From Azospirillum sp. (GTDB lineage: Bacteria > Pseudomonadota > Alphaproteobacteria > Azospirillales > Azospirillaceae), in contig DASPIO010000028.1 in NCBI GenBank assembly GCA_035629155.1, positions 23,762 to 87,761 of the forward strand: a stretch of DNA of 64,000 nucleotides, written 5' to 3'. The notes below the pieces were generated by a model, which was not told where the DNA came from, did no database searches, and saw only the letters and a program-made list of their open reading frames with translations. Shown in pieces: positions 42,819-56,569 of the stretch. How positions within the stretch are numbered: the first letter of the stretch is position 1; every line of letters starts with the position of its first letter. The position numbers were made by a program, and so were the translations under genes.

Positions 42819-43976
42819 ATGCGCCACACGCTCCGCTTCGTCGCCATCCTGATCCTGCTGGTCCTGGCCGGCGGCGCCTACTGGTACTTCGTCGTCCAGG
42901 GGGGCACCCTCAATGGCCTGAAAGCCGGTCTCTCGATCGGTGGCGCCAAACCGGCCGCCGCCCCCGCCGGGCCGCCCGGCGGCATGCCGCCGATGCCGGT
43001 GGAGGCGGTGCCGGTCCGCGTCGGCGCGATCGCCCGCACGGTCACGTCGGTGGGTTCGCTGCTGTCCAACGAATCGGTGGTGATCCGGCCGGAGGTCGCC
43101 GGCCGCATCGCCGAGATCGCCTTCCAGGAGGGGCAGAGCGTCAGGAAGGGCACGGTGCTGGTCCGCCTGGACGACTCGGTGGCGCGCGCCACCCTGGCTC
43201 AGGCGCAAGCCAGCATCGCCTTCGACCGCGCCGATCTCGCCCGCGCGGAGGAGCTGTTGAGCCGCAACGTCGGCACCGCCCGCACCCGCGACCAGGCGCA
43301 CGCCAAGCTGCTGGCCGATCAGGCCGCCGTGCAACTGGCGCAGGCGCAGCTTGAGAAGCTTACGATCACCGCGCCGTTCGACGGCGTTCTAGGCCTGCGC
43401 AAGGTCTCGGTCGGCGACGTCGTGCAGCCGGGCAAGGACATCGTGAACCTGGAAGAGGTCGATACGCTGAAGCTCGACTTCCGGGTGCCGGAGGCCTACC
43501 TGCCGGCGGTCAAGGTCGGGCAGACGCTGGCCCTGTCCGTGGACGCCTTCGGCGGGCGCACGTTCGCGGGCGAGGTCTACGCCATCGACCCGCTGATCGA
43601 CGTGAACGGCCGCGCGCTGGCCGTGCGCGCCCGCGTGCCCAACCCCGACCACGCGCTGCGCCCCGGCCTGTTCGCGCGGGTGACGCTGACGCTGACGGTG
43701 CAGAACGACGCCATCATCGTGCCGGAACAGTCGATCGTCGCCTTCGGCAACGACCAGTTCGTCTTTAAGGTCGTCGACGGCAAGGCCAAGCAGTCCAAGG
43801 TGCGCCTGGGCGAGCGCCGCAACGCCGAGGTGGAGATCGTCGACGGGCTGAAGCCCGGCGACGTGGTGGTCACCGCCGGCCAATTGAAGATCCGCGACGG
43901 CGCCCCGGTGATGGTGATCGACCTCAGCAAGCCGCCCGGCCCGCAGGCGGGCGGCGCCAAGCCGGCCGGGGGCTGA
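42819..43976 (+). CDS. RND efflux periplasmic adaptor (MFP)
   Basis: TM anchor, IRPEVAGRI, ITAPFDG, LRPGLFARV motifs. Confidence 0.95.
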   Translation: MRHTLRFVAILILLVLAGGAYWYFVVQGGTLNGLKAGLSIGGAKPAAAPAGPPGGMPPMPVEAVPVRVGAIARTVTSVGSLLSNESVVIRPEVAGRIAEIAFQEGQSVRKGTVLVRLDDSVARATLAQAQASIAFDRADLARAEELLSRNVGTARTRDQAHAKLLADQAAVQLAQAQLEKLTITAPFDGVLGLRKVSVGDVVQPGKDIVNLEEVDTLKLDFRVPEAYLPAVKVGQTLALSVDAFGGRTFAGEVYAIDPLIDVNGRALAVRARVPNPDHALRPGLFARVTLTLTVQNDAIIVPEQSIVAFGNDQFVFKVVDGKAKQSKVRLGERRNAEVEIVDGLKPGDVVVTAGQLKIRDGAPVMVIDLSKPPGPQAGGAKPAGG

Positions 43977-43980
43977 CGCC

Positions 43981-46900
43981 ATGGTCCTCTCCGACATCTC
44001 CATCCGCCGTCCCGTCCTGGCGACGGTGATGAGCTTGGCCCTCATGCTGATCGGCGTGGTCTCCTACCAGCGCCTGTCGGTGCGCGAGTACCCCAAGATC
44101 GACGAGCCGGTGGTCACCGTCGAGACCACCTACAAGGGGGCCTCGGCCGAGATCATCGAAAGCCAGGTGACGCAGCCGCTGGAGGATTCGCTGGCCGGCA
44201 TCGAGGGCATCGACGTGATGTCCTCCATCAGCCGCCAGGAGAAGAGCCAGATCACCGTGCGCTTCCGCCTGGACCGCAACGTCGACGTGGCGGCCAGCGA
44301 CGTGCGCGACCGGGTGGGCCGCGTGCGCGCCATGCTGCCGGGCGAGATCGACGAGCCGGTCATCGCCAAGGTCGAGGCCGACGCCCAGCCGATCATCTAC
44401 CTCGCCTTCTCCTCCGACGAGCGGCATTCGCCGCTGGATGTCACCGACTTCGCCGACCGCTACGTCAAGGACCGGCTGCAGAACCTGCCCGGCGTGGCGC
44501 AGGTGCGCATCTTCGGCGAGCGGCGCTTCTCCATGCGCATCTGGCTCGACCCGCAGCGCATGGCCGCCTACAGGATCACGCCGCAGGACGTGGAAGGGGC
44601 GCTGCGCAAGCAGAACGTCGAGATCCCCGCCGGCCGCGTGGAGAGCAAGGCGCGCGAGTTCACCGTGGTGTCGGAGACCGACCTGCGCACGCCCGCGCAG
44701 TTCGAGAACCTGATCCTGCGTGACGTCGACGGCTATCTGGTGCGCCTGAAGGACGTCGGCCGCGCCGAGCTGGGCCCCCTGGACGAACGCGTCTCCGCCC
44801 GCTTCAACGGCCGCCCCGCCGTCGCCATCGGCGTGGTCAAGCAGTCCACCGCCAACCCGCTGGACGTGTCGAAGGCCGTGCAGGGCGCCTTCCCGGCCAT
44901 CCGCGCCGCCCTGCCCGACGGCATGGCGGTGGACGTCGGCTACGACAGCTCGGTCTTCATCGCCAAGTCCATCGACGCGGTGTTCAGCACCATCTTCGAG
45001 GCCATCGTCCTGGTGGTGCTGGTCATCTTCTTCTTCCTGCGCTCGTTCCGCGCCACGCTGGTGCCGCTGGTGACCATCCCGGTGTCGCTGGTCGGCGGCT
45101 TCGCGCTGATGTACCTGTTCGGCTTCTCCATCAACACGCTGACGCTGCTCTCCATGGTGCTGGCCATCGGCCTCGTCGTGGACGACGCCATCGTCATGCT
45201 GGAGAACATCTTCCGCCACGTCGAGGAAGGGATGCCCCCCTTCCAGGCGGCGCTGAAGGGCTCGAAGGAGATCGGCTTCGCGGTGGTCGCCATGACCATC
45301 ACGCTGGCCGCGGTGTACGCGCCCATCGGCTTCATGACCGGCCGCACCGGGCGCCTGTTCACCGAATTCGCGCTGACGCTGGCGGGTGCTGTGATCGTGT
45401 CCGGCTTCGTGGCGCTGACGCTGTCGCCGATGATGTGCTCCAAGTTGCTGCGGCACGAGACCAAGCACAACTGGTTCTACAACGTCATCGAGCGCTTCCT
45501 GGAGGGGATGACCAACGGCTACCGCTGGCTGCTGCGCCTGTCGCTGAAGGCGCGGCCGCTGGTTCTGCTGATCGGCGTGCTGGTCGCCGGGGCGAGCTGG
45601 ACGCTGTTCACCAGCCTGCGCTCCGAACTGGCCCCCATCGAGGACCGCGGCACCATTGTCGGCATCGCCATCGCGCCCGAGGGCTCGACGCTCGACTACA
45701 CGCAGCGCTACGCGACCATGATGGAGGGGATTTTCCGGCAGGTCCCGGTGGTCGAGAAGTTCTTCGTGGTGGTCGGCTTCCCCGTGGTGAACCAGGGCAT
45801 AGGCTTCGTGCGCCTCACCGACTGGGACGAGCGCGACGTGAAGCAGCAGACCATCGTCGGCCAGCTCTTCCCGAAGATGTTCGGCATCCCCGGCATCCTC
45901 GCCTTCGTCACCAACCCGCCGTCGCTGGGCCAGAGCCCCATCGACAAGCCGGTCAACTTCGTCATCCAGACCTCGCTGCCGCATTCCGAGCTGCAGAAGC
46001 TGGTCGACGCCATGATGGCCGAGGCGCGCAAGAACCCCGGCATCACCAACCTCGACACCGACCTGAAGCTGAACAAGCCGGAGCTGCGCATCTCCATCGA
46101 CCGCGACAAGGCGGCCGACCTGGGCATCGACGTGGACGCGGTGGGCCGCACGCTGGAAACCTTCCTGGGCGGCCGGCAGGTCACCCGCTTCAAGAAGGAA
46201 GGCAAGCAGTACGACGTGATGGTGCAGGTCGCCGGCGTCGACCGCCGCAACCCGGACGACATCGCCTCCATCTACGTGCGCGGCGCCCCCAGCGCCGCGG
46301 CGCTGGCCGCCGGGCAGACCATGGGGCCGATGGTGTCGCTCGCCAATCTCGTGAAGATCGAGGAGCGGGTGGCGCCCAAGGAGCTGAACCACTTCAACAA
46401 GCTGCGCTCGGCCACCATCACCGCCACGCTGGCGCCGGGCTACGCGCTGGGCGAGGCGCTGGCTTACCTGCAGGACGCCGCCAACCGCGTGCTGCCCGCC
46501 GCCGCGCAGACCGACTACGCCGGCCAGAGCCGCGAGTTCCGCGAATCGGCGACCGGGCTGTACTTCGTCTTCGTGCTGGCGCTGGCCTTCATCTATCTGG
46601 TGCTGGCGGCACAGTTCGAGAGCTTCATCGACCCGTTCGTCATCATGCTGACGGTGCCGTTGTCGATGACGGGAGCGCTCGCCGCCCTGCTCTACACCGG
46701 CGCCACCATGAACGTGTACAGCCAGATCGGCCTCGTCACGCTGGTGGGCCTGATCACCAAGCACGGCATCCTGATCGTGGAGTTCGCCAACCAGCTCCAG
46801 CGCAAGGGCGTCGACATCCGCAAGGCGGTGGAGGACGCGGCGGTCTTGCGCCTGCGCCCGATCCTGATGACGACGGGCGCCATGGTGCTGGGCGCCGTGC

Positions 46901-47103
46901 CGCTCGCCATGGCGCACGGTGCGGGTGCGGAGAGCCGGCAGGCAATCGGCGCGGTGATCGTCGGCGGCATGATGCTGGGCACGCTCTTGACGCTGTTCGT
47001 GGTGCCGACCGTTTACAGCTACATCGCGAAGAAGGCCCCTTTCCCCGCCGAGTCCGACGCGCACGATCACGTCCCGCACAGCGCCGCGCATCCGGCGGAG
47101 TGA
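43981..47103 (+). CDS. RND efflux permease (AcrB/HAE1 family)
   Basis: 1040 aa; IRRPVLATV, GLVVDDAIVMLEN, KHGILIVEFA, LRLRPILMT. Confidence 0.97.
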   Translation: MVLSDISIRRPVLATVMSLALMLIGVVSYQRLSVREYPKIDEPVVTVETTYKGASAEIIESQVTQPLEDSLAGIEGIDVMSSISRQEKSQITVRFRLDRNVDVAASDVRDRVGRVRAMLPGEIDEPVIAKVEADAQPIIYLAFSSDERHSPLDVTDFADRYVKDRLQNLPGVAQVRIFGERRFSMRIWLDPQRMAAYRITPQDVEGALRKQNVEIPAGRVESKAREFTVVSETDLRTPAQFENLILRDVDGYLVRLKDVGRAELGPLDERVSARFNGRPAVAIGVVKQSTANPLDVSKAVQGAFPAIRAALPDGMAVDVGYDSSVFIAKSIDAVFSTIFEAIVLVVLVIFFFLRSFRATLVPLVTIPVSLVGGFALMYLFGFSINTLTLLSMVLAIGLVVDDAIVMLENIFRHVEEGMPPFQAALKGSKEIGFAVVAMTITLAAVYAPIGFMTGRTGRLFTEFALTLAGAVIVSGFVALTLSPMMCSKLLRHETKHNWFYNVIERFLEGMTNGYRWLLRLSLKARPLVLLIGVLVAGASWTLFTSLRSELAPIEDRGTIVGIAIAPEGSTLDYTQRYATMMEGIFRQVPVVEKFFVVVGFPVVNQGIGFVRLTDWDERDVKQQTIVGQLFPKMFGIPGILAFVTNPPSLGQSPIDKPVNFVIQTSLPHSELQKLVDAMMAEARKNPGITNLDTDLKLNKPELRISIDRDKAADLGIDVDAVGRTLETFLGGRQVTRFKKEGKQYDVMVQVAGVDRRNPDDIASIYVRGAPSAAALAAGQTMGPMVSLANLVKIEERVAPKELNHFNKLRSATITATLAPGYALGEALAYLQDAANRVLPAAAQTDYAGQSREFRESATGLYFVFVLALAFIYLVLAAQFESFIDPFVIMLTVPLSMTGALAALLYTGATMNVYSQIGLVTLVGLITKHGILIVEFANQLQRKGVDIRKAVEDAAVLRLRPILMTTGAMVLGAVPLAMAHGAGAESRQAIGAVIVGGMMLGTLLTLFVVPTVYSYIAKKAPFPAESDAHDHVPHSAAHPAE

Positions 47104-47123
47104 AGAACAAAGGGGATCGGAGT

Positions 47124-47210
47124 GTAGGTTGGGTTGAGGCAAAGCCGAAAACCCAACGCGGCCGGCATCGCGAAGGCGTTGGGTTTTCGCTGGCGCTCAA
47201 CCCAACCTAC
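47124..47210. repeat. REP doublet (REPIN/BIME-like inverted pair)
   Basis: GTAGGTTGGGTTGAG...AAAACCCAACGC ... GCGTTGGGTTTT...CTCAACCCAACCTAC between convergent genes. Confidence 0.85.
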
Positions 47211-47221
47211 GACTTGCTTGC

Positions 47222-47629
47222 CTACCCCGCCGCCACATACGGCTTGTACTGCATGTCGGTGAACTGGATGTGTTCGATGAGCCAGTCCTTCAGCAGCAGG
47301 ATCAGGTCGATGCGCAGCATCGTCTCGTTGCCGTCGTCGAAGTCGCGGCACAGCTTCTCCACCTCGTCCACGAAGAACCGGTGGGCCGCCCTGTGCGCCT
47401 CCAGCTCGGGGTAGGCGTTGCGCTCCAGATACTCTTCCTCGCGGGCGAAGTGCACGTCGGTGTAGTCGCGCAGGTCGGCCAGCAGCGCGCTCAGCGCCTC
47501 ACGGTTGCGCTTCGCCACGCCGTATTCCAGCAGGCCGTTGAACATGTCCAACAGGCGCCTGTGGTCCTCGTCCAGGACGTCGACGCCCACGCTCATCTTG
47601 TCATCCCAGGCGACGAGTTCCATGGTCAT
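47222..47629 (-). CDS. Bacteriohemerythrin
   Basis: W...MSVGVDVLDEDH, HFAREE, HRAAH, WLIEHI...D iron-ligand pattern. Confidence 0.93.
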   Translation of the reverse strand: MTMELVAWDDKMSVGVDVLDEDHRRLLDMFNGLLEYGVAKRNREALSALLADLRDYTDVHFAREEEYLERNAYPELEAHRAAHRFFVDEVEKLCRDFDDGNETMLRIDLILLLKDWLIEHIQFTDMQYKPYVAAG

Positions 47630-47818
47630 GGTGCTCCCCACGGGCGCTTCTTCGGATGCAGTGTTTGCCGGGCGAACAGTAAAAACCTTCCCTCCCGCGC
47701 GGGCAAGGCGGCGCTGAGCGGCAAATTCCCGCAGGGTAGCCGCGCATCGTTACCAGAACGCTTCCGGTCGGGGGGCGGAATTCGATAAAATTGCGAAAAC
47801 CTGAGGTGGGACCCGGAT

Positions 47819-48589
47819 ATGGCGCTGCTCGACGAGATCTCTGCCAAGAAGCGCGCGCTGGACGCGGCGCGGCCCCTGCCGCCGGAAGTGGTGCACGGCC
47901 TCGCCGACTGGTTCGAGCTGGAGCTGACCGTCGCCTGCAACGCCGTCGAGAACGGCGAGTTGACACGCGACGAGATCGTCCGGGTGCTCGACAAGGGGCC
48001 GGTGCTGCGCAACCGCCCGCCCGTCGCCCAGCGGCTGGTCGCCAACCACGTGAACGCGCTGCACCTGATGGCGCGGTTGTCGTTCCAGCCGAACGGCGTG
48101 GTCACCGAACGCACCATGGCCGCCTTCCACAACGTGCTCTACCAGGGCATCGACCACACGGCCGGCAAGTACCGCGAGGGGCCGCTCAAGGAAGGGGTGG
48201 CGGCCGGCTCGCCCGATCCGGCCAAGGTGCGCGTGTCCATGTCGGCGCTCAGCGGCTGGCTGCGCCGCACCGAGCCGGGCGTGGAAACGGCGCTGGAGAC
48301 GCACCACCGCTTCATGTCCGTCCGCCCCTTCTACGAGGGCAACGCGGCGGTGGCGCTGCTCACCACCAACCTGATCCTGAACCGCGCCGGCTACCCGCCC
48401 ATCGTTGTCCGCACCGACGACCGCGATCTCTATTTCGACCTGGTGGAGCGCGCCCGCACGGTGGGCGACCGCGGCCCCTACCGCGACCTGATGCTGCGTT
48501 TCCTCGACGAAAGCCTGGACGTCTGCCTCGTGGCGTCGGCCCGGGCCATGGCCGGCCATGCGGACGCCGACGCGGGCACAGACGCCTGA
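47819..48589 (+). CDS. Fic-domain protein with degenerate catalytic loop
   Basis: SNAVEN-like CNAVENGELT; loop VRPFYEGNAAVALL in place of HPFxDGNGRxxR. Confidence 0.85.
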   Translation: MALLDEISAKKRALDAARPLPPEVVHGLADWFELELTVACNAVENGELTRDEIVRVLDKGPVLRNRPPVAQRLVANHVNALHLMARLSFQPNGVVTERTMAAFHNVLYQGIDHTAGKYREGPLKEGVAAGSPDPAKVRVSMSALSGWLRRTEPGVETALETHHRFMSVRPFYEGNAAVALLTTNLILNRAGYPPIVVRTDDRDLYFDLVERARTVGDRGPYRDLMLRFLDESLDVCLVASARAMAGHADADAGTDA

Positions 48590-48590
48590 C

Positions 48591-49562
48591 CTACAGCCAC
48601 CCCGTGCGCCGGAAGCGCACGTAGAGCGTCACGCACACCGCGACGATCAACGCCAGAACCAGGGGGTAGCCGAAGGCCCACTTCAACTCCGGCATGTGTT
48701 CGAAGTTCATGCCGTAGATGCCGGCGACGGCCGTCGGCACGGCCAGGATGGCGGCCCAGGCGGCCAGCTTGCGCGTCACGTCGTTCTGCCGCGCCGAGGC
48801 CAGCATCATGCTGGCCTCGAAGGCGAAGGACAGCTCCTCGCGCAGCGCGTTTATCGCCTCGTTCACGCGGATCACGTGGTCCTGCACGTCGCGGAAGTAC
48901 GGCAGGATCTCCGGGTCGATCATCGGCAGGTCGAAGCGCTCCAGCCGCGAGCACACGTCCAGGAGCGGCGAGGCGGTGCGGCGCAGCTCCTCCAGGTCGT
49001 GGCGCAGGTCGTGGATGCGCTGCACGTCGCGCTGCTCGGGCGGGCGCATCAGCAGCTCCTGCGCCAGATCCTCGGTGCAGGTCTCCAGCGAATCCAGCAC
49101 CGGGAAATAGCAGTCCACGACGAAGTCCATGATGGCGTAGAGCACGAAGTCCACGCCGTGGCGCAGCATCTTGGGCGAGCTTTCGGCGCGCGCCCGGACC
49201 GGCGAATAGGTCGAGGACGCGCCGTGCCGCACCGACACCACATAGTCCTTGCCGGCGAACACGTGCGTCTCGCCGAAGGCGATGCGGTCGCCGTCCAGCC
49301 GCGCGGTGCGCAGGACGAGGAAGACGCTGTCGCCGTACACCTCGATCTTCGGGCGCTGGTGGGCGTGCAGCGCGTCCTCGACGGCCAGTTCGTGCAGGCC
49401 GAACTGCCGCTGGACTTGGCGCAGCAGCGCCTCGTCCGGCTCGTGCAGGCCGATCCACACGAAATGCCCGTCGCGCCCGGCCCAGGCGCCCGCCTCCTCG
49501 ACCGGCACGTCGGCGACGTGCCGTCCGTCGACGTAGGCCCGCGAGGCGATGACGTTTCCCAT
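48591..49562 (-). CDS. corA: Magnesium/cobalt transporter CorA
   Basis: HELAVED...HQRPK, YGMNFEHMPEL signature, two C-terminal TMs. Confidence 0.95.
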   Translation of the reverse strand: MGNVIASRAYVDGRHVADVPVEEAGAWAGRDGHFVWIGLHEPDEALLRQVQRQFGLHELAVEDALHAHQRPKIEVYGDSVFLVLRTARLDGDRIAFGETHVFAGKDYVVSVRHGASSTYSPVRARAESSPKMLRHGVDFVLYAIMDFVVDCYFPVLDSLETCTEDLAQELLMRPPEQRDVQRIHDLRHDLEELRRTASPLLDVCSRLERFDLPMIDPEILPYFRDVQDHVIRVNEAINALREELSFAFEASMMLASARQNDVTRKLAAWAAILAVPTAVAGIYGMNFEHMPELKWAFGYPLVLALIVAVCVTLYVRFRRTGWL

Positions 49563-49677
49563 CCGCCGGATCTCCCGTGTTCGTCCGGTGGCGGACTGTA
49601 GCGACGCGGCGGGCGCAGCGGAAGCCTGCGCACGGCCGCGCCGTTGCGCTAGGATCGTCCTCGAACGGAGACAGGAC

Positions 49678-50142
49678 ATGGCGATGCGGTACAAGCGCGC
49701 TCTGATCGCCGCGGGCGTGGCGCTGGCGGCGGCGACCGCCGTCGTGGCGGTGGTGCGGCCGTTCGGCCCGCCGGCCCCCGATCCGGGCGACGCCGCGCTG
49801 GTGTCCCTGGGGCGCGAGGTCTACGCCGCGCACTGCGCCAGTTGCCACGGCGCCACGCTGGAAGGGCAGCCGAACTGGCGCGAGCGCAAGCCGGACGGGT
49901 TGCTGCCCGCTCCGCCGCACGACGCATCCGGCCACACGTGGCACCATGGGGACGCGCAGTTGCTGGCCATGGTGCGCGACGGCCTCGCCCCCTTCGCCCC
50001 GCCCGGCTACCGCAGCGACATGCCCGCCTTCAAGGACGTCTTGAGCGAACGCGAGATCGCCGCCGTGCTCGCCTACATCAAGAGCACGTGGCCGGCCGAC
50101 GTGCGCGAGCGGCAGGCCCGCACCACCGCCCAGCAGCGTTAG
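49678..50142 (+). CDS. Monoheme c-type cytochrome
   Basis: CASCHG heme motif, PAPPHDASGHTWHH, MPAF. Confidence 0.92.
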   Translation: MAMRYKRALIAAGVALAAATAVVAVVRPFGPPAPDPGDAALVSLGREVYAAHCASCHGATLEGQPNWRERKPDGLLPAPPHDASGHTWHHGDAQLLAMVRDGLAPFAPPGYRSDMPAFKDVLSEREIAAVLAYIKSTWPADVRERQARTTAQQR

Positions 50143-50219
50143 GGATCATCCCGCGCCCGCCCCTGTTGAAGGATGGCGCGCCGGAGGCGCCGGCCGCAGC
50201 AAGAGGGGAAAGGACGACC

Positions 50220-50495
50220 ATGCAACCAACACTCCTGGCCGCGGCGGCGCTCGCCGCGTTGCTGGCGGGCGGCTGCTCGCAGACCGACCGCTACAGCGGC
50301 AGCGCCGGCTATTCGGGGCCTTCCGGGAACGCCTCTTCGGGCGTGTCGGCGGCCGACGATTCCAGCCGCAGCGGCGTGGAAAGCAGTGGCGGCGGCGTGT
50401 CCATCGAGCCGACGCCCATGTACCGCCGAGGCATGGAGCCCGGCACGCTGTCCGGTTCGGGCCGCGGCGCTCCGCTGGGCGAACCCGGCACCTGA
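50220..50495 (+). CDS. Small lipoprotein
   Basis: LLAGGC lipobox after a hydrophobic leader; S/G-rich tail. Confidence 0.65.
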   Translation: MQPTLLAAAALAALLAGGCSQTDRYSGSAGYSGPSGNASSGVSAADDSSRSGVESSGGGVSIEPTPMYRRGMEPGTLSGSGRGAPLGEPGT

Positions 50496-50581
50496 CGGGG
50501 CGCCGAAAAAATTCGGCTCCGTCCCTGGGCGTAGGCGGCGGAGCCGAGACAAGAGGCCAATATCCCCTGTGTGCAGACGGT

Positions 50582-50812
50582 TCAACGCGCGGAGCGGGCC
50601 TGTGGTTCCCGCCCCGCCGCCCCATTTCCCGACCGCCCCAACTCCCGGCCGCGGTGATAGGCGTCCTGCTCGGCCGCCGCGATAGCCTCGGCCAGCAGGC
50701 GTTCGAAGTCCCGCTCGGCGACGATCGAATACAGGTCGATGCGGAAGCTGTCCTGCAGCGCCCGGCGCAGGGCCTGCGCGCGCTCCATCGGCGTCATGGT
50801 GGTCGGCGTCAT
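50582..50812 (-). CDS. Small hypothetical protein
   Basis: Helical 76-aa ORF with GGAGAGGG-like upstream sequence. Confidence 0.5.
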   Translation of the reverse strand: MTPTTMTPMERAQALRRALQDSFRIDLYSIVAERDFERLLAEAIAAAEQDAYHRGRELGRSGNGAAGREPQARSAR

Positions 50813-51057
50813 GGCGGCACCCCTCTCCCGCGTCGTTGCGTGCCGCCGTCAGGTGAGCCTCGGCCGGCCCCGCCGCAATCGCCCATCCGGCGTGGCCTTT
50901 GCCGCCGGGCGGGAAACCCTGCCCTATACAGAGGGAGTACGCCCCCGCGGCGCGGCGGGGCGCGGCGGGGCGCCGTCATGCGCGGTGGTACAGGGGTGGT
51001 TTCCGGCCCCTCCCGCAGCCCCCAGATGTGTCCTATGCACGATTGTGGAGGGCGCAC

Positions 51058-51642
51058 ATGTTCGACTCCGGCGACATCGGCCGCATCACGCCCGACGAGC
51101 AGGCCGACGCCCTGCGCACGCTGATCGCGGTGTTCGCCACCTCGGTCGTGCGGCCCGGCCAGAAGCCGCCACGCAACGCCGTCAGCGCCGAGATCGTCGA
51201 CATCATCGACGAGGTTCCCCCCGATCAGGCGGAGGCGGTCGCCCAGTTATTCACCATGATGGCCATGCGCCTGCGCCGCAAGACGCGGCCGCGCAGCACC
51301 ATCTTCCGCCAGGCGGTGGAAACGGCGCTGCTGGCGCGCGCCTACCATGGGGCCGCCACGCCGGAGAGCGAGGTGTCCTACGTCGCCGCCGACCGCCCCG
51401 CCCTGGTCGACATCGACGCCGCCTGCGGCGAACTGCTGGCCCGCATCGAGCCGGTGCCGGAGGACGACCGCCGCGCCTGGCTGACCGCCGACGTCATCGC
51501 CGCCGCCCTTGTGCACGCCGAGAGCGAGCAGCGCCTGGGCGGCCCCGACCGCGACGTCGGCGACATGGCGGTGGCCGAGTTCCTGCTGCGCGCCGCCGCC
51601 CAGTACCTCGCCGCGACCGGCGAACGGCGGCGGGGGGCGTGA
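51058..51642 (+). CDS. Hypothetical protein
   Basis: GGAGG upstream of ATG; codon usage like host genes. Confidence 0.65.
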   Translation: MFDSGDIGRITPDEQADALRTLIAVFATSVVRPGQKPPRNAVSAEIVDIIDEVPPDQAEAVAQLFTMMAMRLRRKTRPRSTIFRQAVETALLARAYHGAATPESEVSYVAADRPALVDIDAACGELLARIEPVPEDDRRAWLTADVIAAALVHAESEQRLGGPDRDVGDMAVAEFLLRAAAQYLAATGERRRGA

Positions 51643-51854
51643 GGGAACCCAGGCCCGTCGCACCGGCTGCTCCCCCCGCTCCACCCGGTTCCGGCCGCCC
51701 GTCTTCAGGCGGCCGGCGGCGCTCGGCCGAACGCGCATCGGTGGCCAATCGATGTGCGACGGCCAATCCATGTGCGACGGAAAGCATCATGGACGCCCTG
51801 TACCGTTTCGGTGGACGCTTCCCGAACAGCACGCGCGCCAGAAAGGGAAGCGCC

Positions 51855-55421
<3,567 letters not shown>

Positions 55422-55436
55422 GGGGAGCGCCACGCC

Positions 55437-56438
55437 ATGGATCTTTCCACCGACTACCTCGGCCTGCGCCTCAAGCACCCGCTGATGCCCGGCGCCTCGC
55501 CGCTCGTGGATGACCTCGACGTGGTGCGCCGGCTGGAGGACGCCGGCGCGTCCGCCATCGTCATGCACTCCCTGTTCGAGGAGCAGATCACCCACGAGCA
55601 GATGGGCATGCTGGAAACGCGCGAGGCCGCCGCCTTCATCTCCCCCGAGGCGCGCGGCTTCTTCCCCGCGCTCGACGGCTACGCGCTGGGGCCGGAGGCG
55701 TACCTGGAGCAGGTCCACCGCATCAAGGCGGCCGTGGCGGTGCCGGTGATCGCCTCGCTGAACGGCGTCACCGCGTCGGGCTGGACGCGCCATGCCCGCC
55801 TCATCGAGCAGGCCGGGGCCGACGCGCTGGAACTCAACGTCTACAGCCTCGCCACCGACCCCGAGCTGGACGGCGCCGAGGTGGAGGAGCGCGCGGTCGA
55901 GGTGGTGCGGATGGTGCGCCGCGTGGTGGGCATCCCGGTTGCGGTGAAGCTGTCGCCGTTCTACTCCTCGCTCGCCAACCTCGCGCACTGGCTGGACCGC
56001 GAGGGGGTGGACGGGCTGGTGCTGTTCAACCGCTTCTACCAGCCGGACATCGACGTGGAGGCGCTGGAAGCCGCGCCGCGCCTGGAACTCTCCACGCCCT
56101 CGGAGCTGCGGTTGCGGCTGCGCTGGCTGGCCAACCTGTCCGGCCGCATCCGCCCGTCGCTGGCGGCCAGCGGCGGCGTGCACAGCGCCACCGACGCGCT
56201 GAAGGCGGTGATGGCCGGCGCGCACGCCGTGCAGGTGGTCTCCGCCCTGCTCCAGCACGGGCCGGAGCGCCTGGGCGTGCTGGTCAAGGACCTGGAACGC
56301 TGGCTGGAGGAGCACGAGTACGACAGCCTGGCGCAGGCGCAGGGCAGCATGAACCTCCTGCGTTGCCCCGACCCCAGCGCCTTCGAGCGCGGCAACTACC
56401 AGAAGATCCTGCAAAGCTGGAAGCGCGTGGGCTGGTGA
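55437..56438 (+). CDS. Dihydroorotate dehydrogenase-like flavoprotein (nifJ-associated)
   Basis: DLSTDYLGLRLKHPL, PVIASLNG, PVAVKLSP, LAASGGVH. Confidence 0.9.
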   Translation: MDLSTDYLGLRLKHPLMPGASPLVDDLDVVRRLEDAGASAIVMHSLFEEQITHEQMGMLETREAAAFISPEARGFFPALDGYALGPEAYLEQVHRIKAAVAVPVIASLNGVTASGWTRHARLIEQAGADALELNVYSLATDPELDGAEVEERAVEVVRMVRRVVGIPVAVKLSPFYSSLANLAHWLDREGVDGLVLFNRFYQPDIDVEALEAAPRLELSTPSELRLRLRWLANLSGRIRPSLAASGGVHSATDALKAVMAGAHAVQVVSALLQHGPERLGVLVKDLERWLEEHEYDSLAQAQGSMNLLRCPDPSAFERGNYQKILQSWKRVGW

Positions 56439-56569
56439 GCAAAAAGCCCCTCCCCCGCCGGAGGGGGGCGAGGGGCTACGCCCCAAATTAACCCCCCATT
56501 AGGAATGCGTCGCCACGCTCATTCGTGGGAAATTATCCCACACGCAACGCCAGCGCGGGAGGACGCACC

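Noticed and set aside
43924-47142. Long minus-strand ORF (1072 aa)
   Set aside because: Antisense shadow of the RND permease.
47124-47210. Repeats shared with 41370-41405 as possible element ends
   Set aside because: GTAG-headed palindromes between convergent genes fit REP/REPIN host repeats; no transposase lies between them.
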